Source: Spirochaetia bacterium (GTDB lineage: Bacteria; Spirochaetota; Spirochaetia; CADAEX01). Taken from it: a stretch of DNA of 64,000 bases. The translations under genes and the position numbers were made by a program. Shown piece by piece: positions 52,894 through 62,808 of this stretch (position 1 is its first letter; the number at the start of each line of letters is the position of its first letter). The DNA lies in the NCBI GenBank assembly GCA_963662265.2, contig CAXXHA010000010.1:128001-192000 (forward strand), written 5' to 3'. Under the pieces are notes generated by a model. The model did no database searches. It had not been told where the DNA came from and saw only the letters and a list, made by a program, of their open reading frames with translations.

Positions 52894-53014
52894 GCAATTT
52901 GTCCCCCAAGAAAAACATTGCCCGGACATCCAGCCAACAGACTAAAATAACACTTCATGATGTGGTAATTAAATTAGCTGGTGAAAAAAACCATTTTTTA
53001 TGAGAAAATAGTTT

Positions 53015-53521
53015 ATGAATGAACAAAATTTTATAGAAAAAGATAATAACATTAGAAATAAGTTTGATACCATAATTTTATACTATTCTTATCATCATAA
53101 AAATACTGAAAAGATTGCAAAAGCAATAGGCGATATTTTAAAAGCAGAAGTCTATCCAATAGAAGAGTTGAAACAAATAAATATTGATAAATATAAATTG
53201 ATAGGTTTTGGAGCAGGAATTGATAGTTGTCAACACTATAAAGAGTTAATCGAGTTTATAGATAAAATAGAAAAAAATGAAGGAAAAGAGGCGTTTATCT
53301 TTTCGACCAGCGCGATTTACAATAAAGATAAGATGAAAAACGATCATTTAAAATTGAGAAATATTTTAGAAAACAACGAGTATAGAATTATAGGGGAATT
53401 TAGCTGTAAAGGTTTTAACACCAATAGTTTTTTGAAATATTTCGGAGGAATGAATCGAGGTCGTCCAAATGATGAAGATATAAAAAATGCTCAAGAGTTT
53501 GCAAAGAAATTATTAATATGA
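53015..53521 (+). CDS. Flavodoxin family protein
   Basis: YYSYHHKNTEKIA, IGFGAGI, GMNRGRPN. Confidence 0.85.
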   Translation: MNEQNFIEKDNNIRNKFDTIILYYSYHHKNTEKIAKAIGDILKAEVYPIEELKQINIDKYKLIGFGAGIDSCQHYKELIEFIDKIEKNEGKEAFIFSTSAIYNKDKMKNDHLKLRNILENNEYRIIGEFSCKGFNTNSFLKYFGGMNRGRPNDEDIKNAQEFAKKLLI

Positions 53522-53630
53522 GCAACTAGGGTGCTCGATAAACTTAATGTTTTTATAAAGAAGTTTGTTGATCCAGAGATTTAGAATCCAGACCGAACTC
53601 TGTTTAATATTCTGAATGTTGAACCAAAGC

Positions 53631-53745
53631 ATATAAGAGGGGCTATGTCGCATTGCTATAAGCTCACTGGCCTGAGGCATATGGCCTATGTCAAAATTTC
53701 TGCGCAGTAACTCCGGGAACTTAGCATATTCTTGAACCGTTAAAT
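53631..53745 (+). repeat. attC-like site 13, degenerate
   Basis: ATATAAG-AGGGGCTATG...CATATTCTTGAACC-GTTAAAT. Confidence 0.55.
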
Positions 53746-53785
53746 ACATTACAATTTGTTTAATAACACCTTAAAGAGGACAATA

Positions 53786-54235
53786 ATGATAAGACAACTG
53801 AATGAAAAGGATTATTCTATCTGGCTTGAAATGGCAGAAGAAGTTGAGCATTTATTTGGACCGATGGTACAAAATAAAGATTTTCAGGAAGGGATTAAGT
53901 CATGCATCAATAAAGGTGACTCATTTTGTACGACTAACAGTGATGGAATTGTGACCGGTATAATTGCTATAGACAGGACACAAAATGAAATTTCCTGGCT
54001 TGCTGTTAGGAAACAGTATAGAGGTAATAAAACAGGTGATATTTTAGTAAAAAAAGCAGTAGATGAATTACTTGATAATGGGAATATCTATGTTCAAACA
54101 TTTTCTGAAAATGCTGAGGTTGGAAATAGTGCCAGAAAGCTATATTTAAATAATGGATTTACTGATTTTAATGCAGCCGGTAAAAATCCAGCTGGAATAG
54201 ATACTGTAATAATGGTGAGAAAGGCTGGAAAATAG
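53786..54235 (+). CDS. GNAT acetyltransferase
   Basis: EVEHLFGPM, ISWLAV..YRG, ARKLY..GF. Confidence 0.85.
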   Translation: MIRQLNEKDYSIWLEMAEEVEHLFGPMVQNKDFQEGIKSCINKGDSFCTTNSDGIVTGIIAIDRTQNEISWLAVRKQYRGNKTGDILVKKAVDELLDNGNIYVQTFSENAEVGNSARKLYLNNGFTDFNAAGKNPAGIDTVIMVRKAGK

Positions 54236-54463
54236 TAAAAATCGTACAAGATCTAATCTTATAATGTTATATGTAACAATTTTTGATAAAATTATTTCAA
54301 CAAGGAATAAAATAAATGTTTGAATGGAATCACAATTCCACCTAAAACAACTTTCAAGGAGATAAAGAAAGCATCGCAATTTTCTGAAACAACAAGGGAT
54401 TTTTCCGATTAAATATAATATGATAAAAAAAAGATTCTGGAATTACTGGGAGAATTATAATAT

Positions 54464-54820
54464 ATACAGCCAAAAGAATTAGTAAAATTATGGGTAGATG
54501 CTTTTAATGATGGAGATGCAACAAGAATATCCGATTTCTATGCAGAAAATGCTGTTAACCACCAGGTAGCTAATGAACCAGTTGAAGGAAAATCTGCAAT
54601 AACTGATATGTTTAAACAGGAATTTTCTGCTGCAAAAATGGTTTGTGTAGTTGAAAATATTTTTCAAGATGGAGATTGGGCAATTCTTGAATGGAAAGAT
54701 CCTTTAGGATTACGGGGCTGCGGCTTTTTTCATATCTTAAATGATAAAATAATTTTTCAGAGAGGTTATTGGGATAAACTCAGTTTTTTAAAAGCACATA
54801 ACTTGCCAATTCCAGAATAG
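54464..54820 (+). pseudogene. SnoaL-like/NTF2 family protein, start codon apparently ATA
   Basis: Frame open from 54464: IQPKELVKLWVDAFNDGDA...AILEWKDPLGLRGCGFF..QRGYWD; GGAG RBS upstream. Confidence 0.7.
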
Positions 54821-54828
54821 AAAACTTC

Positions 54829-54926
54829 TCTTAACAGCAAATATGCACTTCATCATTCAGCTTCTCTTAAAAACAGCAATTTGCCGGCTTTGCAGTAAAT
54901 ATAGCATTCCAACTAAAACTTTATAT
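54829..54926 (+). repeat. attC-like relic
   Basis: TCTTAAC-A-GCAAATATGCA left arm is recognisable; right arm eroded. Confidence 0.5.
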
Positions 54927-55044
54927 AATAAAATTTAAAATAAGAAGGAAACACTGTGGCCTAGAGGAAATAAGAGAGATTTACAGGCAAAAGCTGTTTG
55001 CTCAAATGTTTTTTTACAAGTATTATTGAAAAAAGGAAAAAGTA

Positions 55045-55488
55045 ATGAGAATAGAAAAAATTAAAAAGAACAAGAAGCAGCACCTTGATTTATTGCTATT
55101 GGCAGATGAGCAAGAGGATATGATTGACAGATATCTGGAAAGTGGAGATATGTTTGCACTATTCGATCATGACTTGAAGACTGTTTGTGTTGTTGCCGCA
55201 ATAGACAAAGAAACATGCGAATTAAAAAACATAGCAACATATGAAAAATACCAGGGTAAAGGATATGCTAAAGCTCTAATTAAATTTGTCTCAGATTATT
55301 ACAAAAACGACTATGAAACAATGCTTGTCGGAACAGGAGAAACTCCCAAAATATTGTCATTTTATGAAAGTTGCGGATTTGAAAAATCTCATGTTATCAG
55401 GAATTTTTTTACAGATAATTATGACCATCTAATGTTTGAAGACGGAATACAGCTTATTGACATGGTTTATCTGAAGAAATTTTTATAA
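55045..55488 (+). CDS. GNAT acetyltransferase
   Basis: [28 protein letters not shown]. Confidence 0.9.
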   Translation: MRIEKIKKNKKQHLDLLLLADEQEDMIDRYLESGDMFALFDHDLKTVCVVAAIDKETCELKNIATYEKYQGKGYAKALIKFVSDYYKNDYETMLVGTGETPKILSFYESCGFEKSHVIRNFFTDNYDHLMFEDGIQLIDMVYLKKFL

Positions 55489-55560
55489 ATATCTGCGGCT
55501 AATAAAAATCTTTCCGCATCCTTTAATAGGAAGGTAAGAAATACACGTCAGGAGTAAATT

Positions 55561-56073
55561 ATGTATAATCATTCAATTCCGTATAAGAAAAAAGGATTAT
55601 ATATCCTGATTACATTGCCGCTTATTCTGGTTTATATATTAATAGGATATTATTTAAACAATATAGGTAATATTAATCTCATCATTTATATCACTTTATT
55701 TACTATAACAATTATTTTTCAGAGTTATAATTGTATATATTGGAAATGTCCACATGTTGGAACTCTTTGCCCAGGCGCCGGCGGTTTTTGTGTACTATCA
55801 AGTCCTATTGGAAAATTATTAATTAATATGAAAATAAAGAGTTCTGAGAAATTATATAAAATACTCTGCAGCATTGCTTTTACAGGTTTTTTGGGGATAA
55901 TTTTATATCCGGTCTATTTCATATATAAATTAAGTATTTTATATCTAGCTTTTTATTTTTTTATAATTTCAGCTTATTTCTTGTTTATGATGATATTGAT
56001 CTGTCCTGACTGCGGAGCTAAAAAAGCATGCCCGGGAGGACAATTTTCATTAAAAATAAAAAAACAATGTTGA
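55561..56073 (+). CDS. Hypothetical 4-TM protein with paired Cys motifs
   Basis: CxxxxCPHxGxxCPG and CPxC....CPG motifs following TM pairs. Confidence 0.65.
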   Translation: MYNHSIPYKKKGLYILITLPLILVYILIGYYLNNIGNINLIIYITLFTITIIFQSYNCIYWKCPHVGTLCPGAGGFCVLSSPIGKLLINMKIKSSEKLYKILCSIAFTGFLGIILYPVYFIYKLSILYLAFYFFIISAYFLFMMILICPDCGAKKACPGGQFSLKIKKQC

Positions 56074-56242
56074 AACAGTTTAATAAGGAAAGTTCAGATA
56101 AATATTTTACCGGAACAAAACTAATGGAGCCTGGATTATTGTGATAAGAAAGGAATTATAAAGCTAAGGCAGATATTCGGATGAACACAAGGTAAACAGG
56201 ATTCATACATCAGGACTCATAAAATGATAAAGGAAAATATTT

Positions 56243-56743
56243 GTGGTTGAAAAATTTGCAATACCAGGTGTAGGCGGAATAATAAGAAAATATAATAATA
56301 ATTCGCAGGAATATATTCTTGTTCAGGACAGAGTAAAACCGAATTATGAAAACATGAAAGGAATCATTGAAATCCCCGCAGGAAAAATAAGAGAATTTGA
56401 AAATATCTATTCTTGTTTAAGAAGAGAAATTTATGAAGAAACCGGCTTGAGTGTTGAAGAAATTGATGGTGAGGACTTATCAGAAATTATAAAAATCAAT
56501 AATTATGAAGTCCTGTCATATGAACCTTATTCCAGCAGTCAGAATATATCTGGAGATTATCCGATCTTAGTACAGGTATTTTTATGTACTGTTAATGACG
56601 GAAAAGACCCGATTAAAGAAAGTGATGAGTCGAAAAATATTCGATGGATAACGAAAGAAGAATTAAAGAGACTACTGCTTGAAGAGATAGATAGTTTCTT
56701 TCCAATGCATATATCTACTTTGAAAAAATATTGTGGAATATAA
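56243..56743 (+). CDS. NUDIX hydrolase
   Basis: PAGKIREFENIYSCLRREIYEETGL Nudix box. Confidence 0.9.
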   Translation: MVEKFAIPGVGGIIRKYNNNSQEYILVQDRVKPNYENMKGIIEIPAGKIREFENIYSCLRREIYEETGLSVEEIDGEDLSEIIKINNYEVLSYEPYSSSQNISGDYPILVQVFLCTVNDGKDPIKESDESKNIRWITKEELKRLLLEEIDSFFPMHISTLKKYCGI

Positions 56744-56796
56744 CAACAACAAAATAATTCCATGTTTTTTATTTAAAAAGGAGTGTTGGTTAATAA

Positions 56797-56934
56797 ATGC
56801 TTGAATGGAAAGATCCTTTAGGATTACGGGGCTGCGGCTTTTTCCATATCTTAAATGATAAAATAATTTTTCAGAGAGGTTATTGGGATAAGCTCAGTTT
56901 TTTAAAAGTACATAATTTGCCGATCCCAGAATAG
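56797..56934 (+). pseudogene. Duplicated 3' fragment of the SnoaL-like gene
   Basis: 56800-56934 is nearly identical to 54686-54820. Confidence 0.85.
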
Positions 56935-56939
56935 TTTTT

Positions 56940-57018
56940 TTTCAACAAATATGCAGTTCAGCTTTTCGCTTCACCTGAACTGGATGTTGGTAAATAAGCA
57001 TTTATGAGAAACATTGGG
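56940..57018 (+). repeat. attC-like relic
   Basis: CAACAAATATGCAGTTCAGC...GCATTTATGAGAAAC-ATTGGGT, resembling the short-type sites. Confidence 0.5.
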
Positions 57019-57057
57019 TATAATAAAAAACTTTGACGGAGGATTTAGGAGGTAAGA

Positions 57058-57774
57058 ATGAAAATATTAATTCTTGGAGCGAGTGGAGCAACAGGGAAGT
57101 TAGTTACAATGCAATTTGTGAAAAAGAAAATTAATGTACGTATCCTGGTAAGAGAAAGCGCTTTTCTCCCGAAAGAAATACTAGAAAGTAAAAATGTCGA
57201 AATCATTAGGGGGAATATTAATGATTTTAATAATGAACAGGTTATAACATTACTTGAAGATTGCACAGCCGTGATTTCATGTCTTGGACATAATATTACA
57301 TTTAAGGGAATATTCGGAAAACCTCATTACCTGGTATATTCAGCAATAAAAAAGATTTGTGAATCAATAACAAAAAATGAAAGCAGTTTAAAAAAGATTA
57401 TCCTTATGAGTACAACAGCTTATACAAACAAAAATAATGGAGAAAAAAATACAATAGGAGAAAAAATCATATTTTCTCTGCTTTTGCTGTTATTGCCACC
57501 TCATAAAGATAATATAAAAGCGGGTAAATATCTTAACAGGAAAATAGGGAGAAGCAGCAATATTGAATGGGTAGCTGTACGCCCGGACACATTATTTGAT
57601 GAAGAAGTTGAAAGTAAATATAGTGACTATGAATCTTTAAAGAGAAGTCCGATTTTCAATGCCGGAAAAACAAGTAGGATAAATGTAAGCCACTTCATGT
57701 CACAGCTTGTCAGCAATGAAGAGCTTTGGGAAAAATGGAAATTTAAAATGCCTGTAATTTATAATGAAGAATAA
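57058..57774 (+). CDS. NAD(P)-binding oxidoreductase (atypical SDR)
   Basis: ILGASGATG Rossmann motif, VRPD, SRINVS. Confidence 0.88.
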   Translation: MKILILGASGATGKLVTMQFVKKKINVRILVRESAFLPKEILESKNVEIIRGNINDFNNEQVITLLEDCTAVISCLGHNITFKGIFGKPHYLVYSAIKKICESITKNESSLKKIILMSTTAYTNKNNGEKNTIGEKIIFSLLLLLLPPHKDNIKAGKYLNRKIGRSSNIEWVAVRPDTLFDEEVESKYSDYESLKRSPIFNAGKTSRINVSHFMSQLVSNEELWEKWKFKMPVIYNEE

Positions 57775-57898
57775 GAGTGAAGAGATACTTCCCGTAATAC
57801 CTGGGGGGTAGAGAGAATACCGGTATCATTGGAAAAGACAAGAAAAATTTCGAATCAGCTACCCAGGCAGTATTCAGGGAAGAAAAGGGAAAAGATCT

Positions 57899-58807
57899 AT
57901 GTATGAAAAGAAAATATATTTTATTCAGGATTATATCTGCACTCACCTGGATAAAAATTTAAGTCTTGAAAAACTGGCCCGGATTGCAGCCTTCTCCCCC
58001 TTCCATTTTCATAGAATATTTAAGGAAATTACAGGAGAAAATCTCTATGATTTTATTCAAAGAAAAAGACTGGAAAACGCATGTACAATGCTATCTTCAA
58101 ATCTTGATATGAAAATTATTGATATTGCCCTGTACAACGGATTCTCAACCCCTTCCTCATTCTCAAAAGCATTTAAAAACCACCTAAAAGTAAGTCCATC
58201 TGAATACCGCAGACTTAATTCCATAAAAAACAGCAAGAATGGAACATATAACAGCAATCCGGACAAAGATTCATTTTTTACTGATGAGTATATTACAGAC
58301 AATGATTTAGCAGATTTATACACATGGAGGGAAAAAATGAATGTAAAGATAGAAGAACTGCCGGAATACCGTATCGCTTATATGCGGCAGATAGGACCTT
58401 ATGGATCCTCAAATATTCAGTTGATGCAGAAACTGAAGAAATGGGCAATTACAAGAGGCCTTCTTACTGAATCATCAGTAATACTCGGAATAGCTCATGA
58501 TGACCCAGGCATTACACCGGCAGAGAAATGCCGCTATGATACCTGTTTAGTAATTTCAGATGACTATGAGCTGGAAAACAGGGTATGTGAAAGCAGACTC
58601 CCGGGAGGAAAATACGGGATTATTAGAGCTGAACATTCTGCTGAAGCAATTAAAAAAGCATGGAAAGATATCTTCACTTCCTGGTTACCGGAAAGCGGTT
58701 ACCAAATTGATGACAGGCCTGTCTTTGAAAGGTATACAGGTGCTGCAATTGACATAACAATTGAGCCTGTTACCTGTGAGATTTGCATACCCTTAAAACC
58801 TGAATAG
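57899..58807 (+). CDS. AraC family regulator with GyrI-like effector domain
   Basis: FSPFHFHRIFK, GFSTPSSFSKAFK, HDDP..CRYD, LPGGKY. Confidence 0.92.
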   Translation: MYEKKIYFIQDYICTHLDKNLSLEKLARIAAFSPFHFHRIFKEITGENLYDFIQRKRLENACTMLSSNLDMKIIDIALYNGFSTPSSFSKAFKNHLKVSPSEYRRLNSIKNSKNGTYNSNPDKDSFFTDEYITDNDLADLYTWREKMNVKIEELPEYRIAYMRQIGPYGSSNIQLMQKLKKWAITRGLLTESSVILGIAHDDPGITPAEKCRYDTCLVISDDYELENRVCESRLPGGKYGIIRAEHSAEAIKKAWKDIFTSWLPESGYQIDDRPVFERYTGAAIDITIEPVTCEICIPLKPE

Positions 58808-59021
58808 GCTGTATTACAGAGAGCCGAACTGTCTTCGTATACGAATATATGCTTCGGCTCTGGTTGTTCAATCATCTTCTTTTCATAATTCCGAAAATCA
58901 GAAATAAAAATAATTAAAGATAATACTGTCCCGAGACATAACAGGATATGGCTATTGATCTGTTCCTTCTTTGTAAATACTATTAAAAATGGAGGTGCCA
59001 GATATCCTTCAGGAGAAAAAC

Positions 59022-59822
59022 ATGGAAGAAATATACTTAGCCGGAGGATGCCTCTGGGGAGTTCAGGAGTATCTGAGGCACCTGCCCGGCGTTACACTCA
59101 CCGAAGCCGGAAGAGCTAATGGATCAGCAAATACACTGGACAGCGATTATGACGGGTATGCAGAATGCGTTAAGACACAGTTTGATCCCGGCATAATATC
59201 ACTGGAACAATTATTATCATATTTCTTCGAAATCATCGATCCATACAGCAGGGACAGACAGGGAAATGATATAGGAAAAAAATACCGAACAGGTATATAC
59301 AGCACTTCCGGAGAGCACTTGAGAAGAGCCGGAGAATTCATAAAAAAACGAAGCGATGCAGAAAAAATAGTGGTGGAAATTCTGCCTCTTGTAAATTACA
59401 TACGAAGTGCTGATGAGCATCAGGACAGGCTTCAGAGATTTCCCGGGGACTATTGTCATATTCCCAAAAACAAGCTCTACAAATACAGGGAAAACAGGAC
59501 AGAATACAAACTGGAAATATATTTATCCAGAGAACTGATACCACAGATGCTTGCTGAAGTCACAAAATCAGGCGCATGCAGAGTAGGCAACTATGACAAT
59601 GTTGCATCATATTATGAAATAGAAGGCTGCTGGAAACCGCTTGAAAATTCAGCTCCAGCTGCGGGAGAAAAGAATACAGTCAACTACGGCAGGGAATACA
59701 AACTGGAAATCAGATGCAAAGAAAAAAAAGTCAGGGATGTATTACAAAAAATCAGGGAACTGCATCCATATGAAGAGCCCCTGATAAATATCATTAAACT
59801 GGAAAACCACAACTTTGAATAA
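59022..59822 (+). CDS. Short MsrA fused to a YqfO/NIF3 PII-like domain
   Basis: LAGGCLWG, QGNDIGKKYRTGIY, ADEHQ, YCHI; C-terminal YKLEIY..GACRVGNYD..HPYEEP. Confidence 0.8.
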   Translation: MEEIYLAGGCLWGVQEYLRHLPGVTLTEAGRANGSANTLDSDYDGYAECVKTQFDPGIISLEQLLSYFFEIIDPYSRDRQGNDIGKKYRTGIYSTSGEHLRRAGEFIKKRSDAEKIVVEILPLVNYIRSADEHQDRLQRFPGDYCHIPKNKLYKYRENRTEYKLEIYLSRELIPQMLAEVTKSGACRVGNYDNVASYYEIEGCWKPLENSAPAAGEKNTVNYGREYKLEIRCKEKKVRDVLQKIRELHPYEEPLINIIKLENHNFE

Positions 59823-59944
59823 AAATCCTGAATAGATAACAATCAATATTATAATGTTCCTGCCATCTGATTCTAAAGATTTAAACAAAATAATTGCTGA
59901 TGACAGGAGGGCATGAATGACACAAAATCGGGGAATAAAAAACA

Positions 59945-60499
59945 ATGAACAGACACATAATAATTATTCATGAAATATACGGAGTAACAGAAAATCTCAT
60001 CAAATTAAAAAACACACTGGTAAAATCCGGCTTCACAGTTTCCCTCCCTTCTTTATATGAAGACAATTATGAAGGATCCGATGAAAAGATATCTTATGAT
60101 AAATTCTATTCAGAAGTAGGTCTTGAAAAAGCATACAATATAATTAATGAAATTATTCAGGAAAACAGGGAGAAAGAGATAGTTCTGATTGGATTCAGTA
60201 CAGGTGCGACAGTTGCCTGGCTTCATTCTGCAAATAAAAGAGTAAAAACAATAATCGGAATTTACGGTTCCAGAATCCGCAACTACCTGGAGATTGAACC
60301 TGCGGCTGATGCAAACTTATTTTTCTGCAGAGAACCGTCATTTGATATTGAAAAGATAAACAATATCCTGAATATGAAAAAGAATGTTTTATCGGAAATC
60401 ATACCGGGGAATCATGGATTTTACGGAAAATCAGCATATGATGATTTAAAAGTACAGGACCTGAATGAGGAAATTCTCAGGATTTTAAACAAGCCGTGA
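59945..60499 (+). CDS. Dienelactone hydrolase family protein
   Basis: IHEIYGV, GFSTGA, YGSRIR, HGF. Confidence 0.85.
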   Translation: MNRHIIIIHEIYGVTENLIKLKNTLVKSGFTVSLPSLYEDNYEGSDEKISYDKFYSEVGLEKAYNIINEIIQENREKEIVLIGFSTGATVAWLHSANKRVKTIIGIYGSRIRNYLEIEPAADANLFFCREPSFDIEKINNILNMKKNVLSEIIPGNHGFYGKSAYDDLKVQDLNEEILRILNKP

Positions 60500-60604
60500 G
60501 TGTAAATAAAACCTTTCTCTTTTACTGCGGATAGAGACATAATTCATGCAGGAATGGTTGCTGCATATAACTAACAATAAACGCATGGAAAAAAGAGCTT
60601 TTTC

Positions 60605-60633
60605 TTGACCGCATGCAATGCCCAATGTATGCT
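60605..60633 (+). promoter_or_regulatory. sigma70 promoter upstream of the chelatase gene
   Basis: TTGACC-17-TATGCT. Confidence 0.5.
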
Positions 60634-60730
60634 TTAATCAGGCACATTAAAAACTATAAAAGAATCTATCGAAAAAGACAGGGGACAAGCCCTTTCTGCC
60701 TGAAACCTAACAGTATGAGGTAAGTAATAA

Positions 60731-61903
60731 ATGCGAATGTACCCGTTCACAGCAATTGTCGGTCAGGAGGCTATGAAGACAGCCCTGATTATCCACGCTA
60801 TTGATCCGTCAATAGGCGGAGTACTGATAAGGGGCCAGAAAGGAACTGCCAAAAGTACAGCTGTGAGGGCGTTTGCAGATCTTCTTCCGCGTATCAGGGT
60901 TGTTGCAGGTTGTCCATACCACTGCCCGCCTGATGCATCTTCCTATATACATGATGACTGCAGGCAGAAAGCAGAAAGAGGAGAAAGCTTCATTTCTGTT
61001 GAATGCCCTGTTCCGCTGGTTGAACTGCCTCTCGGGGCCACAGAAGACAGGCTTGTCGGATCACTTCATATAGAACAGGTTATCCACTCGGGAAAAAGGA
61101 TTTTCGAACCAGGCCTGCTTGCAGCAGCCAACCGGGGCATACTCTACGTCGATGAGGTAAACCTTCTGGATGATCACCTGGTGGATCTTCTTCTCGACAC
61201 AGCTGCGTCCGGTATAAACCGGGTAGAGAGGGAGGGGCTTTCAGAAATACATCCGTCCGAGTTTATACTGATAGGCACAATGAATCCGGAGGAGGGAGAA
61301 CTCAGGCCTCAGTTTCTCGACCGATTCGGCCTCTGCATCGGGGTTACAGGGGAACCTGATGTGAAAAAACGGAGTGAACTTGTCAGACGCCGTCTTGCTT
61401 TTGAAAAAGATCCTGAGACATTCTGCTCTTCATGGGATAATGCCCAGGATGCACTTCGGAAGCAGATTGAGAAGGCGCGTATTCTTTTAAAGGAAATATC
61501 CATACCTGATGATGTAATAGATTCCGCATCAAAACTTGCAATAAAAGCAGGTGCCCAGGGGCACCGCGCGGAAATCACAATGACTAAGGTTGCGGCAGTA
61601 CTTGCAGCTTTTCAGGAACGGGAAACAGTAACACATAAAGATATTATTGAAGCTGCAACAATGGCACTTCCTCACAGGATTGACCGCTTTATCGAGCACG
61701 GGGGAGCTGATCTTCCGGAGGAACTGAAAGATGCGCTGAAAGAGGTATTCGGGGAAATGCCTTTTGTGCTTGAGGATGAATCAGAAGAGGATGACAGGTT
61801 CCCCTTATACAGACCTGATGATGATATATTCCCCGGCTCCCATGCCGGCGGCATGACTATCTTCTCATTCCTAAAAAAAAAGCACCCAGCATTGTTCTCC
61901 TAG
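60731..61903 (+). CDS. ChlI-like chelatase AAA+ ATPase (0-frame product of a chlD-like gene)
   Basis: [49 protein letters not shown]. Confidence 0.92.
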   Translation: MRMYPFTAIVGQEAMKTALIIHAIDPSIGGVLIRGQKGTAKSTAVRAFADLLPRIRVVAGCPYHCPPDASSYIHDDCRQKAERGESFISVECPVPLVELPLGATEDRLVGSLHIEQVIHSGKRIFEPGLLAAANRGILYVDEVNLLDDHLVDLLLDTAASGINRVEREGLSEIHPSEFILIGTMNPEEGELRPQFLDRFGLCIGVTGEPDVKKRSELVRRRLAFEKDPETFCSSWDNAQDALRKQIEKARILLKEISIPDDVIDSASKLAIKAGAQGHRAEITMTKVAAVLAAFQERETVTHKDIIEAATMALPHRIDRFIEHGGADLPEELKDALKEVFGEMPFVLEDESEEDDRFPLYRPDDDIFPGSHAGGMTIFSFLKKKHPALFS

Positions 61904-62680
61904 CTGACGAAACACCACTCCACCTTTCATTCGAAGAACAAAGCAGTTTACCAATGCGGAAAAAACTGAAACCCTCAAGCTGCGGCCGCCATATAGCATC
62001 TGTCCCGTTCAAAGAGGGAGAACATGTAAATGAAATCGATCCACTGGCAACCTGCCTGGCAGCAGCTCTGCGAAGGGCAACGGGAACCTCTTCTGATGCA
62101 GATAACATCATCACCGAACAGGATCTCAGGCGGAGACTCCGGGTGCAGCCTGTGAGAAAAACAATTCTATTCCTGATTGATTCATCAGAATCAATGCTGG
62201 TTGAAGAGCAGATGAAGCTTGCAAAAGGGGCTGTTCTCGGACTGCTGACAAAGGCTTATCAGAAAAGGTACAGGGTCGGTGTTGTTGTATTCCGGGATTC
62301 CCGTGCGGAAGTAGCCCTTCCCCCGACAACAAGTATTGCCAGAGCCCGCCGTGCGCTTCAGGCTGTCGCAACAGGCGGAGGCACCCCGCTTGCAGACGGA
62401 CTTCATACAGTACTCAGGCTGATTAAAATCGGAACGTATCCGACATCCGGATGATGTTACCCAGATGATTCTGGTCACTGACGGCCGGCCGTCTGTTTCA
62501 ATGCAGCAGGGAGCAGATCTCAGAGAAGAGGTCCTTACAATAGCCGCCAGGTTTCCCGCCCGGAACATCCCCTCAATAATTCTTGTCACAGAAGAGGCGG
62601 GAGAACTTATCAGGGAGATTGCGGCAAAACTGAATGCACCTGTCCGGAAAATAACAGATGTTATTCTGGACAGTAATTAA
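61873..62680 (+). CDS. ChlD C-terminal vWA domain in the -1 frame (second break near 62427)
   Basis: Frame open from the A9 run; [27 protein letters not shown]. An extra A at 62425-62428 splits it. Confidence 0.75.
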
Positions 62681-62808
62681 TATTAACTTTGAGGATAATT
62701 TTTTTATACTGAAGAGAAGCAAACCAGGTTTATAATATGGGAAATCTTTTTACTTATTTTGAAACATAAATTAATATAAATAATCCAGTAAATACTGAGA
62801 GGATAAAT

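Larger units (their letters stand above)
35644..57018 (+). mobile_element. Integron-like gene cassette array (13 or more cassettes; right boundary degenerate)
   Basis: Repeated AAC...GTT palindromic sites between short, mostly co-oriented, AT-rich genes next to a tyrosine recombinase. Confidence 0.9.

Noticed and set aside
35644-57018. CRISPR array or REP/BIME interpretation of the repeats
   Set aside because: Repeats are separated by whole genes, carry AAC/GTT cores and lie next to a recombinase; no cas genes or fixed-length spacers are present.
58807-58950. Hairpin GAGCCGAA...TTCGGCTC and a nearby ACATAAC as a further attC
   Set aside because: The elements are in the wrong order and lack the paired AAC/GTT geometry.
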